Below are positions 51,571-64,000 of a stretch of 64,000 nt of DNA, piece by piece. A program made the position numbers and the translations under genes. The stretch comes from Octopus vulgaris. Its lineage: Eukaryota. Location of the stretch: contig OX597817.1 in the NCBI GenBank assembly GCA_951406725.2, forward strand, positions 130,882,001 through 130,946,000, given 5' to 3'. Every line of letters starts with the position of its first letter. The stretch's first letter is position 1. Under the pieces are notes generated by a model. The model was not told the origin of the DNA, did no database searches, and saw nothing but the letters and a program-made list of their open reading frames with translations.

Positions 51571-53519
51571 TACTTGCAGAAGTGCCCAACATTGCTCGGG
51601 GCTTAATTGGTTTAAAGTACTCTTAATGATTCTACTCAATAATGATTATTGAGGCAAAGATTGATATAAGTTTACGCCCAACCAATCGATTTGCAACTGG
51701 ATAGAAAGCCCTGCAAAGCGCATTGCAACACTCTCAGAAGGGGGTAACAATAGAATGTGAGGTGGCCCTGAAAAGGCTGTGTCATCGTTCTCACAATTGT
51801 AACAATTTGGTAGGTAGTCCTGGAAGGGTGTGTAAAACGTTCGTAGGTGAATATGGCATCTTCTTTTTCCACTAACGGCAGCGGATGTGCTGTTACAAAA
51901 CTTCATGCTCTGCGAAAACAGAATAGATGCCCTATGGAGGAGAGTGGAGCATTAATTATGGATCAGTAAATTTGGGTAAGCTTGAAAATACACTACGATA
52001 GCAGAGAATAGAGTTTGGCACAGTCGTCCGGTTATCGAACAATCCAACCCATTCCAGCAAAGAAAACAGATGCTCAATGATAGTGATGAGGACGTGAAGG
52101 AGAAACAAGAGGGTAAATTTCTTAGATATTACAAACACACACACATACGAGCGTGCCCAATCCCTCCCACATACACATATCTACTATTGTTTAACTTCTA
52201 CCTTACGATGCTGTAAGGGTCAGATGAGTATACTGGGGTAGAAGTTTGTGTGGTCAGGTTCCCTTTCTGCTGCCAAATGCCATCTGTTGCAAGTCAGATA
52301 ATAAATCTCCCAGTCTCTGGAGCAAAAGACAGACCTAACATGTTTATATGGAGAACTGGAAGCCAAGGACACCACCTCAAATAGCCCTTTATTCACAAAG
52401 GTCGTGCATTGTCAGTGCATGTCAAGGAACCGAGACATGGTTACAACGTGCAACGCAAGCAAAACGACGCCTGTGAATATTAATAGAGACAAAGAGATAC
52501 CTACGAACTCATTCGCATGCAGATGCAGCTGTGTGCATATACATGTATATATGACAGGAAAATATAAATGTTTCTTGTATAATTTATTCTCCATCAGTTG
52601 TGTTTCATTTTCTGATTGTAATTACAAAGATTTACGTGTTATGTAGACATGTAAGGAATTTCCCATTAGAAACAGTTTTTATAATACGAAAATACATTTG
52701 GATGAAGCGTTTACATTTAGCTATTAATCAGGAGCATCCCCGAAAGTGCTCGAGAAGAAAGGGTAGAAATATAAACACATTTTTTGCAGACATACAAACA
52801 CATCGGTAGTGACATCGTTATTATTCACTCACGGTAATGTGTGAAGTGTGGTGCTCCAGCATGGCCACAGTCAGATGACCGAAACAAGTAAAAGAGTTAA
52901 GGTCAACTTTTACTCATTCTCGGCCAATTTGACGCTTTACCCCTAATTCACTTTTAGCTTAGTCTTAATTCAGTTTTTTTTTTGTGCCATGATAAATCTG
53001 TGCTAAGCTATACTTTCACATAAAATAATCGAAATTAGGTTCAGTAGAAAACAAGTTATGATAAAATATGTAGGGCCAAAAATGGGAGAGTAACACCCGA
53101 TACTTACTTTGCCTCATAATTTCTCAGTTATTGGAAAAGCAAACTATAAGTTAATCATATTTTTTAAACGCATTTGATGAGTAGAAGCTTTTAGTGAAAG
53201 TCTCTTTAATAGATATTAGTTAGTAAAAAAATGTTATGCAGCCTTAAGTAACCAAAACTATGGTAAGTAATGCCTAAAATTGACTCTGACTCAAAATGTC
53301 TCGGGTATTTCATAAGCTATACATTTTCACAGTAGAAAAAGTTATAAAAAATGTAGAGCCAAAACTGGGAGAGTTGCGCCTAATATTTACTTTCTCATTT
53401 TAATTATGATGTTTAAAAGAACTTAATGAGTAGGATCTTTTGGTAAAGACCTTGCTAAATGATATTAGATAGAACAAAAATCATGCAACTTTAAGTAGCC
53501 AAAAAATTGGTGCTAAAGA

Positions 53520-54975
53520 TGTGCAAAGCCACAGTGGATTTCCTATTAAAAAGAGGCCACAAGAATTTGAGGGAAAAAGTCTCATGGGAGGCCTATCATG
53601 TCCAATTTGAACTATTGACTGACCAGAATGGATAGGATGATGAGCAAAGTGCAGTTCAGCTTGCTACTAGTCTACAGGGCACTACACTAGAAGTACTGAG
53701 CCAGTTGTCTGTGGAGGACAGGAGTTGATATTCTTCAATAGTTGAACTGTTCGTGAGAAGATATGGCACAATGTGCCTGAGTGAAGTGTACGGGGTACGA
53801 TTTCAGACCCACATAAGGGTTAGAGGAGAATCACACTGCTTGTCCAGGCACCTTTAGGTCTTCTTCAGAAAGAGCAGTTTATCGATTGTTAGGTCAGGGC
53901 AGGGCAGGGCAGTGCAGAGCTCAAAGTTCAAGTGAAACAAGCAAGGCCAAATACTGTTCAAGAGACATTGGCTAAAGCTCTGGAATTTGAGTCGTACGGT
54001 CTGGCACAGGAAGATTTCAGGTGGACTACAGTCCTAGATTCAAAGCAAGGAAGGAGCAAGTACATGAAGCTTGAAGATTTAATGGAAGTTGTTGGTACCA
54101 CGAGAAGATCGGATATAAAAAAAACAAAGCTGTTTGAAAAAGAATGAACAAGAGATAGTTGGAATAAATTGTTGGCATTGTGAGAAGCAAGGACACAAGA
54201 TGCCAGATTGTTGTATCCTGAAGAGAGAGCAAAGGCAGGACGGTAGTAAAATGTTCACACGTAGGAGAGAGTTTGGGACATGTGGTGAAAAGGGACATCT
54301 TAGTTTTGACTGCCCAACATGAAAGAAGGATATTGAGAAGGTAACGAAAGACAAAGGTGAGTCGGAAAACTAGAAGAGGCTGGTGTTAAGGGGCAACTGC
54401 CAGCGAATATTCCAAAGAACTCCCAACTCTGAGAAGAGGTGAAAGGATTGTAATTGACAGTATACAAATGGATGGTAGAAGTGACGGCTTAGAAATGTCA
54501 CCTTGTGACTGGTTCGGCTTTGGAGCAGACATTTGTGACTCTCAAGATGTTACAGCATCAAAACCTACCAGTTATCATGGCAGTTGTATGGAGTTACTGA
54601 ACAATGTACTGACTTGAGAGAATCGTCTGATGTCCTGATTGAAGTTGCAGGTCAAAGGTCGCACTTCCAGTCTACGTGGTGGAAATGAAGTATCCTTGTT
54701 TCCTAGGTCTGGACTACTTGTCGTTTATCGGGTGTGAACTGGATGTCTGCTTTATGAAGCTTTGGATCAAAGAAAGATTAGATTGTGTCAAGGTGGTAAA
54801 GCGGATAATTACAGGTGGTGAAGCGAAAGCATTACGGATGACAGTGTTCCCACCGAAATCGGAACTGTAGATCTAGTGTAGTGTGAAGCACCATATTGAC
54901 ACAGGTGATCATTGCCCAATCGAGCAACTTATTTGGAGGATGGTGCCAGTGCAGCGTAAAGAAATGGAACATTCT
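53520..54975 (+). mobile_element. Decayed Ty3/Gypsy gag-protease remnant
   Basis: SWEAYHVQFE...QLATSLQG, VKQARPNTVQETLAKALEFES, CWHCEKQGHKMPDC, CGEKGHLSFDC, CFLGLDYL, KHHIDTGDHCPIEQ. Confidence 0.8.
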
Positions 54976-55860
54976 GGAATGAGAAGTCAATACGGAAAGA
55001 TGTCAAAATTGCAAAATCTTCGTCAAAACTTTGTATTGGAGACTAAATCTTTCCAGGAAGTTAAAGAACAGCATACACATGTGTTGCAGGAACTTGATAG
55101 GGAAAAACTTGAACCAGAAAGTAGATCTTTTAATGAAATAAAATGGGAAACTAAAAGAGCAAATTTCCTCACTGAACAGTGATAACAGCGGAGGGTCAGA
55201 AAATAAATTTCAGTTGATTTGGAAAATTGACGAACTAAAGGGGAATATCTTGAGAAAGAAAATGAAAGAAATGAAAAAATTCAGGTATAATAGAGTTAAT
55301 CATGATGAAATAAAATAAGGATATTCTTCATAACATTGTATTAATAATAAACAAAAACGAATCACGATTTCAAAATTTTTATTTGATACATGAGTATTTA
55401 TGATAAAGCATCAGAGTATTTTTATCAAATTTTATATTTATTTGTAGTATTTTAAGCTCTTTTCCTGTATTTTAGGTTAATTCTTTGGTGAAATAATTAT
55501 TATTTATGGATGATTTTCTGTTTGGATTGAAGATTTCAAAAGCAAAATTTATTTCTCTGAAAAACACACCATTTCAGAGCTTTCCAAGGTTAAATACAGA
55601 ATAGACTGAAAGACAGAAGGAGCCAACGAGAGTTAGCTGTCAGATATAATTCATATAAAAGGTACATTTCTATGATGCCATTAAGAAACAAACAATTTAC
55701 ACACCACAAGTTCAGAGTCTGACATTTTGTAAATAGAAACATTGGGACACAGCATGCTCAGGCTTAATTCCACAATATTTTATGTCACCTTTCAGGAAGA
55801 AAAAAACACTTTATGTATTGGTGAAAATTCAACATTGTTGGAGAGAATAAAGATTAAAGA

Positions 55861-56480
55861 TGTAGTTCAAAAAGGTTAACTAACACAGAGGACTGGAAAC
55901 CATCTGAATATTGGAAGAGAGTTAGCTGTATCATTATGATTCATACTGGGTATAAAAGATGCTGACATTATGACTGCTGTTAAATGCTTTCTGAACACTG
56001 TAAAAGATGTAAGACATGACATGCACAGCAGCAACAGAGACTACAAAGCAGCAGGCTCATGTCTGGGTGTGTCTCTTGATTGCTACTCAGACTTCCGCAA
56101 AGAATCAAAAGTACTTCTCAGAGAATTTCTATGCTTTCTTCATCCCTAATTCCTGGTCTCTTAATTCTCCTGGTTGTAATCATTTGTGAGGCACAGTTGA
56201 GAAAGACACTGACTGTTCTGTTTCAACATAAATGCTGAGCAAGTAGACACGATCAAGGAGGTGTTTGAAGATTTTTCCAGGGACAAAGTGAGAATACTTA
56301 TGCCAGGTTCTGGAGTTGTCTTGGGACCATGGTGGAAGCTGAGGGTGGCTAGTTTGAGTAAACTGCTGTCTCCCAGCCGTAATCTAGTTCATATTCTTTT
56401 AATATATTCTTATTCTTAGATGGGATACTGTGGTTTATGTTATTATTATGCATACTGTCAAACTTAACGCAAACACCCTC
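55861..56480 (+). mobile_element. Decayed relative of the 37672-38430 DNA transposon
   Basis: Shares ACTGGAAACCATC(T)GAATATTGGAA and GAGAATTTCTATG..TTC.TCA blocks. Confidence 0.5.
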
Positions 56481-57211
56481 CACGAATAAAGCCACATATT
56501 GCTCAATCAATCATACACAAAAGAAATGACTCTAGAAATAGATCACAGGTGAACTGGCTTTCGTTTAGAATTGTCAGCTAAACAAGTATTTTGAGTTGTT
56601 AATACATAGACAGGTTGTAGTTATTGTCATAAAAACAATTACATAAAAATTAAGAATAACAATATTAAAAAAATACATAAGCATAAGACAGATTTATGTA
56701 TAGATCTGTGTATGTGTGTGGATAATTGTGTGTAAATGACTGTATATGTATGTGAAATTACAGAGTAAATACAGTTCCACTATTGTTTTTAGATTCAATT
56801 ATTCTTTTGTTTGTGTCAAATAAACTCTGAAAAACAAGTTATGTTTCATTTGTGAATGAAACTGTGGAAAAGAACTGGCTTAACATGCAGCTAACTCACA
56901 TAAATTAGTGAAAGTAAAATGCCCCTAAAATAATGAATGCCTGCTGTGATAGAAACCTAGAGATGACAATAATGACATCCCAGAATTTCATGTAAACAAT
57001 GTTTGCAATAATAACTAATGTATCCAATACATAAACGTAAATATATTTAATTAATATGAAAACTGTACATGTATTTTCTATAAGATGGGAACAATCACAT
57101 TTAGAGGAAAATATTGATGCATGAAATGAAATTTGTGAACAGTTATGCTCGTCTCTAAATGTGTGTTGCTAAGGATGTTCATGAAGACATAGTGTAAATA
57201 TATCATCACTA

Positions 57212-57579
57212 GGCAAAGTTGTGCCTGTTTGATAAGAAGCTTGCTTTCCAACCACATACTTCCAGGTTCAGTCCCAATCATTGACACCTTGGGCAAGTGT
57301 CTTCTACTGTAGCCTCAGGCCGATATTTTTACTGGATTTCGTAGACAGAAACTGAAAGAAGCCCATCGTACACACACACACGTGTGTGTGTGTATGTGTG
57401 TGTCCTACCACGAAAGCTTAATCGGTGTTGGTGTGTTTAGTTCTCCGTAACTTAGCGGTTCGGCAAAAGACTCCCAATAGAAGAAGTAATAGGCTAAAAA
57501 TAAAAGTCCTGATGTTGTCAATTTGTTTAAAGGCGATGTTCCAGCAAGGCTACGGTCAAGTGACTGAAACAAGTAAAAG
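57212..57579 (+). mobile_element. SINE family A copy (older)
   Basis: GGTTCAGTCCC, CCTTGGGCAAGTGTCTT, internal (CA/TG)n, TGACTGAAACAAGTAAAAG tail. Confidence 0.8.
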
Positions 57580-57580
57580 G

Positions 57581-59262
57581 GGCATAACTACAGATATATA
57601 CTCCTCCCACCAAATTTGTTGCCCCATAACTTCCAGCAAAATGGATACTTTTCAATGAAACTTTCAACAAATAATCGCTTAGATCCTGTAGACCGAGCAT
57701 TTGTAAAGATTTGCTGGAAACGAATTTTCCGAGGAGTTGAGAAAAGGATTTTTGGAAAATTCACATAACCTAACATGTTCTCCCTCATAAGTTTCAGGAA
57801 AACGGCTATTTTTTAATGAAATTTTACACAAATACCACTCCAGCAGTGTAGATTATAACTGCAAAGAAATTTTGAAAGCAAAACATTTTAGAAGGGGGCA
57901 TGGGGAGGAGTTTCTGGAAAATGAAGTTTTGGATCAGACGGTCCACATTAGTTGGAATTTCTCCATTTTGACCGGGATTTTTTCCAACTTTTTTTTTCAG
58001 CACAGTTTTCAGAATGATGGGAGATATCATGAAAAACAAGGAAAAAGTTTGAAAATCTATGATTTTTTTTCACTCCTCCAACCCCCTTACCACTCCATTC
58101 TGGACTGATTTTGGTCAACTGTTTTTTATTTTTCACTTATACATTTAAAACCCGTGAAAGAAACATTTTTGGTTAAAGGAAAAAAACACTGTTAATAATT
58201 TTAGAAGAAAATGTGTGATTCAAGGGAGATCTGGCCGTTTTGTATAGCACATCCTGAGATCTTGTTTTTTTCTCACTCTCACATCTATTGACATTGTTCA
58301 ATATTTTTCTCCCCAGAAACACATTTTATGGAATGATAATGCAAAAGTAACACACGCATAGTCCATTGCTGGGATATAAGCAAAAAAAAAAAATGGTAAT
58401 TAAAATTTTTACTTGCATCGCTGAACGAGGCCATGTATGTGTGTGTGTAAGGATAAAAACCATTTGCTAACAGAAAATTACGCTATCAAAATAAATCAGC
58501 TTGTTAAAATCACTCTGGATATATTTTAGCAATAATCTTTTCAAACTGTCCAATATTTTAGAATTATATTAACAGAAACAATCAGGGAGAGAGTGCAGCT
58601 AAAAAACACCATAAATTTTCAAATTTTTCCTTTTTTTGTAGCATAAAAGTGTTTATGAGGGAAAATATTGAAAAGCATCTGAATAAAAAAAACAAAAACA
58701 AACAAGGCATGTGGTCTTGCAATATGCTAGAAACAACAGCCAAATTTCCTTTCAATCACGCACTTTTTCCTCATGCCCTTACCAAAAATTTGCCCGCAGG
58801 TTTCTTTGTAATCGTAATCTACACCGTTGGAAAGATATTTGTATGAAATTTCATTAAAACACACCCATTTTCCTGAAAGCTATGAGGGGGAAAATGTCGG
58901 ATCGTGTGAATTTTCTGAAATTCCTTTCCTCAACCCTTCGGAAAATTTTTTGTCATTCTTCCGATATAGATATTTTATCTGTCATTTCTTCCCAGCTGTT
59001 TTGATGGCATGTTCGGTAAAATCCATTAATAGATTTTATGTATTTATTTTTCACTTTGATATATCACACACGCTTTGATCTTCAAGACCGATTTTCATTC
59101 TCTTTACCAACTGAACAGATAATCATTCACACTCATACACACAGTCATTCACACACATACAAAGTTAGTCATACACAGAGAAAAAGAGGGTGATGAGAGT
59201 GAGACATGAATCCTAGCTGCACACATAGACAAATACACATAAACACATAATACAATATATAG

Positions 59263-59338
<76 letters not shown>

Positions 59339-60160
59339 TAACCCTTTTCTTACCAACCCGGCTGAAACTGAGGACAAATGTCTTGTTTCCATGAGTTTCA
59401 ATAAAAATCTTCCACCAAACCTTAGCCACAACTTATGTTCCTAATACTAGCTGAATGATAACTTAGTTATTTTACTAAATTCTAATATTTTCCCCCATAA
59501 ACACATTTATGCCTTTAAAAAAATGAAACCGCCTCACTCCCTATCCCCGAATGTTTCTGTTAATATAATTCAAAGATATTGGAGAGTCTGAGAAGATTAT
59601 TGCTGAGATTTATCCAGAGTGATTTTAATGAGCGGTATATAAAAGATGATTTATTTTGATAGCATAATTTTCTGTTAGTAAATGATTTTTTCTTATACAG
59701 CCTCGTTCAGTTGTGATGCGAGTAAAAATTTTAATTATCATTTATTTATCGCTTATATCCCAGCAATGGACTACATGTGTTACTTTCGCATTATCATTCC
59801 ATAAAATGTGTTATGGGGAGAAAACTATTGAAAAACATCAATAGATGTGAGAGTGAGAAAGAAACGAGGTGGGAGGTCTTGGGATGCGCTAGAAACAACA
59901 ACCAATTCTTCCTTAAATCACACGTTTTTCTCAGAATTTTTCGATTTTTTGGTTTCGCTCATGGGCTTTAAGTGTATAGATAAGAAAAAGGAAAATGATC
60001 AAAATCGATCAGGACTGGGGTAGTGTGAGGGGAAAAAAGCAATAAATGCTTTGTAATCTATAGGATCTAAGTGATTATTAGTTGATAATTTCGTTAGATT
60101 TTTCTGGAAGTAATGAGTCAACAAATTCGGTGGGGTGGAGTTATGAATCTGTAGTTATGC
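57581..60160. repeat. Long diverged inverted repeats
   Basis: 57581-57690 vs ~60055-60160, ~58070-58550 vs ~59570-60035, and ~57720-57870 vs ~58800-58950 are reverse-complement homologues. Confidence 0.7.
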
Positions 60161-60499
60161 TTTTTTTTTACACACACAAAAGAGAAATTTGAAATCCATG
60201 AAAATCCATCATTTTGGAATGTTGCTCCTCACTCCTTTACGACAGAGATTCCCCATTTTGTCTTTTCTGAACAAAATGAAACAATGAACAGTGTAGAAAG
60301 TATCTTAGATAGGAAAGAGATACCAAACTACGCACAAATAATACACATCTCACTTCCTAAATTAGAAATAGCAGCCAATCCCGCACAAATCAAGGACATC
60401 TCTCATTCATATAACAGAGAAAAGACACAAAGAATCGAGGCACCAAAAACCGAAAGTCTACAAAATTTAAAAGCATTGACTATTTTCATTGTTTAATAC

Positions 60500-63400
60500 T
60501 TATGGAATTTTATTACAAGGCACAAGGTCCAAACAAAGAGGGGACAATACAAGATGGATATGGGGTCAGGATAACGAGTGGATTTACAGAAAGAAACATC
60601 TTAAAATTTATGGAAATTATATAGCGAATGAGGGGACAAACAGAGGCACAGTACAATGGAGTGGGGGAGCAGTCAAGATCCCGCAAGACACGCTCCTCCA
60701 CTGAGCCGGCTTTTATTAACCTTTTATGGATACACTTATGTAGGACCTTTCATACCCAACAGTATGCCACTTGCTTCCATCTTTTATCAAACGTGTCTGA
60801 TGACAGGTATCTCCTTTCTAGCCTTATCTTCCTTTGTAGAAAGAAGACAAACCAGTTTACCAAACCTTGGCTGGAAATAAAGTTACCTGTCATCATTCCG
60901 TTCATACTTATCCTCCATATTGCATCTTTTGCTACAGTGACCACAATGAGAAAACAAAACTTACCTTCTCTGTCTCGTCCACATCTTGGGCAGTTGGGCA
61001 AGCATGAGGCACCATAACTTGCGAATTTATCGTGAATAGGTAAGGCTCCCCAGTAACATTGCCAGGCAATGGACCTCTGGAAGATATCCAGGAGTCCCGG
61101 CCCAAATGTCCTTTGGAACAGGCTAGCTAGTTGATCTTCATCAAAGTCCAGAGTTTCCCCCAATGCATCGTCACACTTGGCCTCTACTAACCCTCTATAA
61201 AATGACAAGGTGGAACCCATGTTACCAGCATTGCCTCTGCGGCAGAAGAGCACGAGAGCCTTGCAACACTTGGCCTGCCAAACACCCAACTTTGGTCAAC
61301 ATCTGATCCATGGTTCTAGTTCATTAAAACTAGTGAACCTAAGAAGCAACAGTTTAACGAACAGAGACCACACCTGTTGAACATCCAAGTAAAACCAGAG
61401 ATGCCCTAGTCTCAGTGCGTGCCAGCGCATCATTAGCCATGACGTCCCTAGCCCACCCTTTAGCAGTTGTTGGCAACATATATAGTGCATTACAAGATGT
61501 CTTTTGCTCTTCCACAAAAGGTGGAAGAGCAGTCGTTCCATCTTGATTAGCCACGAATCGGGACAAGGCACGACGGTCAGGCAGTAGGTGATCACAGATG
61601 CAATGAACACATTTGGGGCCTCCGCCAGGTCTGAGTTAGATGGGCCACCCTGCTCATGACCTCGCTCCAATTTTTTTCTAACTGTAGGTTTGGCCCAAAC
61701 AAGACACCGAGCATTTTTACCGGACCATCTGTCCAATGTGCCATGACGCTGTTGGACAACATCGACTTGCCTCTCCAGGTTCCGAGCTGCAGGCCAACTG
61801 ACCTATCATGGTTAATTATTGTTCCTGTCTCTACCTCGCATTCTTTATCAGCTTCATCTACCATCTGTAGGTTTTTTGCTTCAGATACGATGATGGTGAT
61901 GTCATCCGTGTACGCCATTACTAATCTTCCACAGCCTAGATCTCTCGGGACACCACCCAAACCCTCTAACCGCCATAATAATGGCTCGAGAGCCAGCACA
62001 TACAGAAGGGTGAGAGTGGACATTCTTGACGAACAGAGCGCTTGATATAGAATGGTATTGAGAAGAAACCGTTCACCCGAATGATCGAATCAATGTTACT
62101 GTACAAAGAAATGATTCAACCATGAAAGGTTGGGCCCTGACCGACTGCAGCAAGAACCGTCACCAGATACAGACCGTCGACCCTGTCGAATGCGTTAGTC
62201 TGGTCTAAATGTACAAGCGCCCCACCATTGTCAGGAACCCTATTAACCCACACTAAGGTATAACGTATAAGATGGAGATTGTCGTGTATGGATCGGCTCG
62301 GGACGGAACAGGTTTGTGCCTCCCCTACCAATCCACCCACGAACCGCACCAATCTTTTCGCTAATACCTTGGCCAGAATATTCAGCTCTACGTTAAGCAG
62401 AGTGATGGGCTGGAAGTTATCTATTATATCCCATTTGTTTGGGTCTTTTCTTAGTAGTTTCACTACTCCCCGGCTCACAGATCTGGGGATACACCCATTC
62501 TGTTGCCAGTTATTAAAAACACATGCCAGTAGGTGCCCAAACAAGTCTGGCATACATTTGTAAAATTGGTAGAGAAGACCATCAAGTCTCGGCAACTTGT
62601 CCCCACAACAATCCGACAAGGCACCCTCTACTTCCGCATCTGTGATCGGTCTTTCACAACATTCCGTTTCTGTCTCGAGAGATGCAACAAACCAGCAAGG
62701 AAGTCTGTAGGATCCACCCTGCACTCCGGCCATCTCCCCTCCCAAAAACCGGCCAAAATGTTCGTGAAAAACCTTGCAATCATCTTGGGTTCGTTCACCA
62801 CTTGCCCTTGGCTGTTCGTCATAGACCTTATCATGGCATCGTTGCCATGTTGAGCTTCTACCGCACAGGGCCGTCTTGCCGCGCAGATCCCCTCTCGACC
62901 CATTGCACATAGCTTAGCCCTGACAATGTATCCTTCATATTTTAGCCTCGAGGTTTTAGTTGAGAGCCAATCTCAACACTCGAGATGCACTGCCACTTTC
63001 CAGTACCTCTTTTAAAGCCTTGACTTATTCTTTCTAGCTGCTAGTTCTCCATCTAATTGACTCAATATTAATGGCTCTTTTGAGGGCTCTCCACCATTTG
63101 TTGTTAATAATGGTGCCTTTCAGAGCCCTCTTTACTAACTCACTAATCTGGTTCCTGTACTCCTCTTCGGTCAAAAGAGAACTATTGAGTTTCAAGTAAC
63201 GGGAACCTTGTTTACATAACCTATCTTAGACAAGCGTACAAGACACAAGTTTGTGGTCACTGTAGGTGACATAATGAAACTGTGGACAACTAACCATGTT
63301 CTTATCCTTAGGTCTAACTAAAGTCCTCTCTAGATAAGATCTAGAAGACCCGTTGCTATTCCTCCAGGTCCACGCTGGAGCATTCGGAAATTCTATTCTG

Positions 63401-63842
63401 TATCGGTCTGCCAGCAGAAAGCGACTAAACAGATCGGTTTCCCCTTCTATTTGGATTCAAGCCAACACAATCTATGCGTGCATCACAGATTGTGTTAATA
63501 TTACTAAAGTGTGCGACGTACCTAAGAAATTCTCTAGGCTTCTAAAAAATCAGATTTCCAGCTCCACAGGGGACATAGACACCAACCAACCTGAAAGTCT
63601 TACTCTGCTGACTGTCACATCAAGAACGACCAGCCTGCCTTACAGGTCGATAAATATTGTTGTCTCAGAAACCAGGATTTCTCATAGCCACTCAGGAGGG
63701 AGGGCCGTGACCTACTCAACCTGGCTTCCATGGCCACTACCACATTCAGTCTATGTAACCGAAGATCATTTAGGAAGCGACCTTGCTTCCAATCTGATTC
63801 CAGGCCACGCACATTTAAGCAACATATCGTAAGTGTATCCAT
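60500..63842 (-). mobile_element. L1/Tx1-clade LINE ORF2 (APE + RT), disrupted
   Basis: MDTLTICCLNVRGL (APE start), NFQPITLLNVELNILAKVLAKRL, QTCSVPSRSIHDNL, LDQTNAFDRVD, YTDDITI, GGLG. Confidence 0.92.
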
Positions 63843-64000
63843 AAAATGGCTTACCTTATATTGGAGAAAGGATTATACTCCCTTCTATTCTGTATCTTGC
63901 ATGGATCGTTTTTCCTTTGATTGACTAGGCCATCATACATTGACACAGTAAAGTCCTTTCTTAGAGGGCCCAAGTCACTGGGGAATTGTTCTTTCTTTTG

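Overview
AT-rich, microsatellite-dense animal genomic DNA, most likely from an octopus. Evidence: a tRNA-derived SINE family with an internal microsatellite, a PYHCxICGK-type C2H2 zinc-finger remnant, and a mollusc-like TE mix. No prokaryotic genes or CRISPR are present. One host gene is visible on +: a short-chain-collagen-C4-like (spongin NC1-type) domain protein, with exons 40839-40916 and 41328-41833 and probably a transmembrane-encoding exon at 22089-22247. The rest is mostly decayed TEs: Ty3/Gypsy, CR1, RTE, R4/Dong, L1/Tx1, Tc1, mariner, Helitron, SINEs, and two Penelope-like elements (PLEs; one Naiad-like, one Neptune-like). The most striking signal is missed by the ORF track: about a dozen type I hammerhead ribozyme (HHR) motifs from several unrelated families, each near an element end that abuts a (TA)n-type array. 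They include a compensatory U3-A8 core variant, a multi-HHR array, a 487-bp retrozyme-like unit, fold-back palindromes centred on HHR stem II or on the cleavage site, and one insertion suggesting these elements create (TA)n arrays. All folds and alignments were done by eye, and TE boundaries are approximate.
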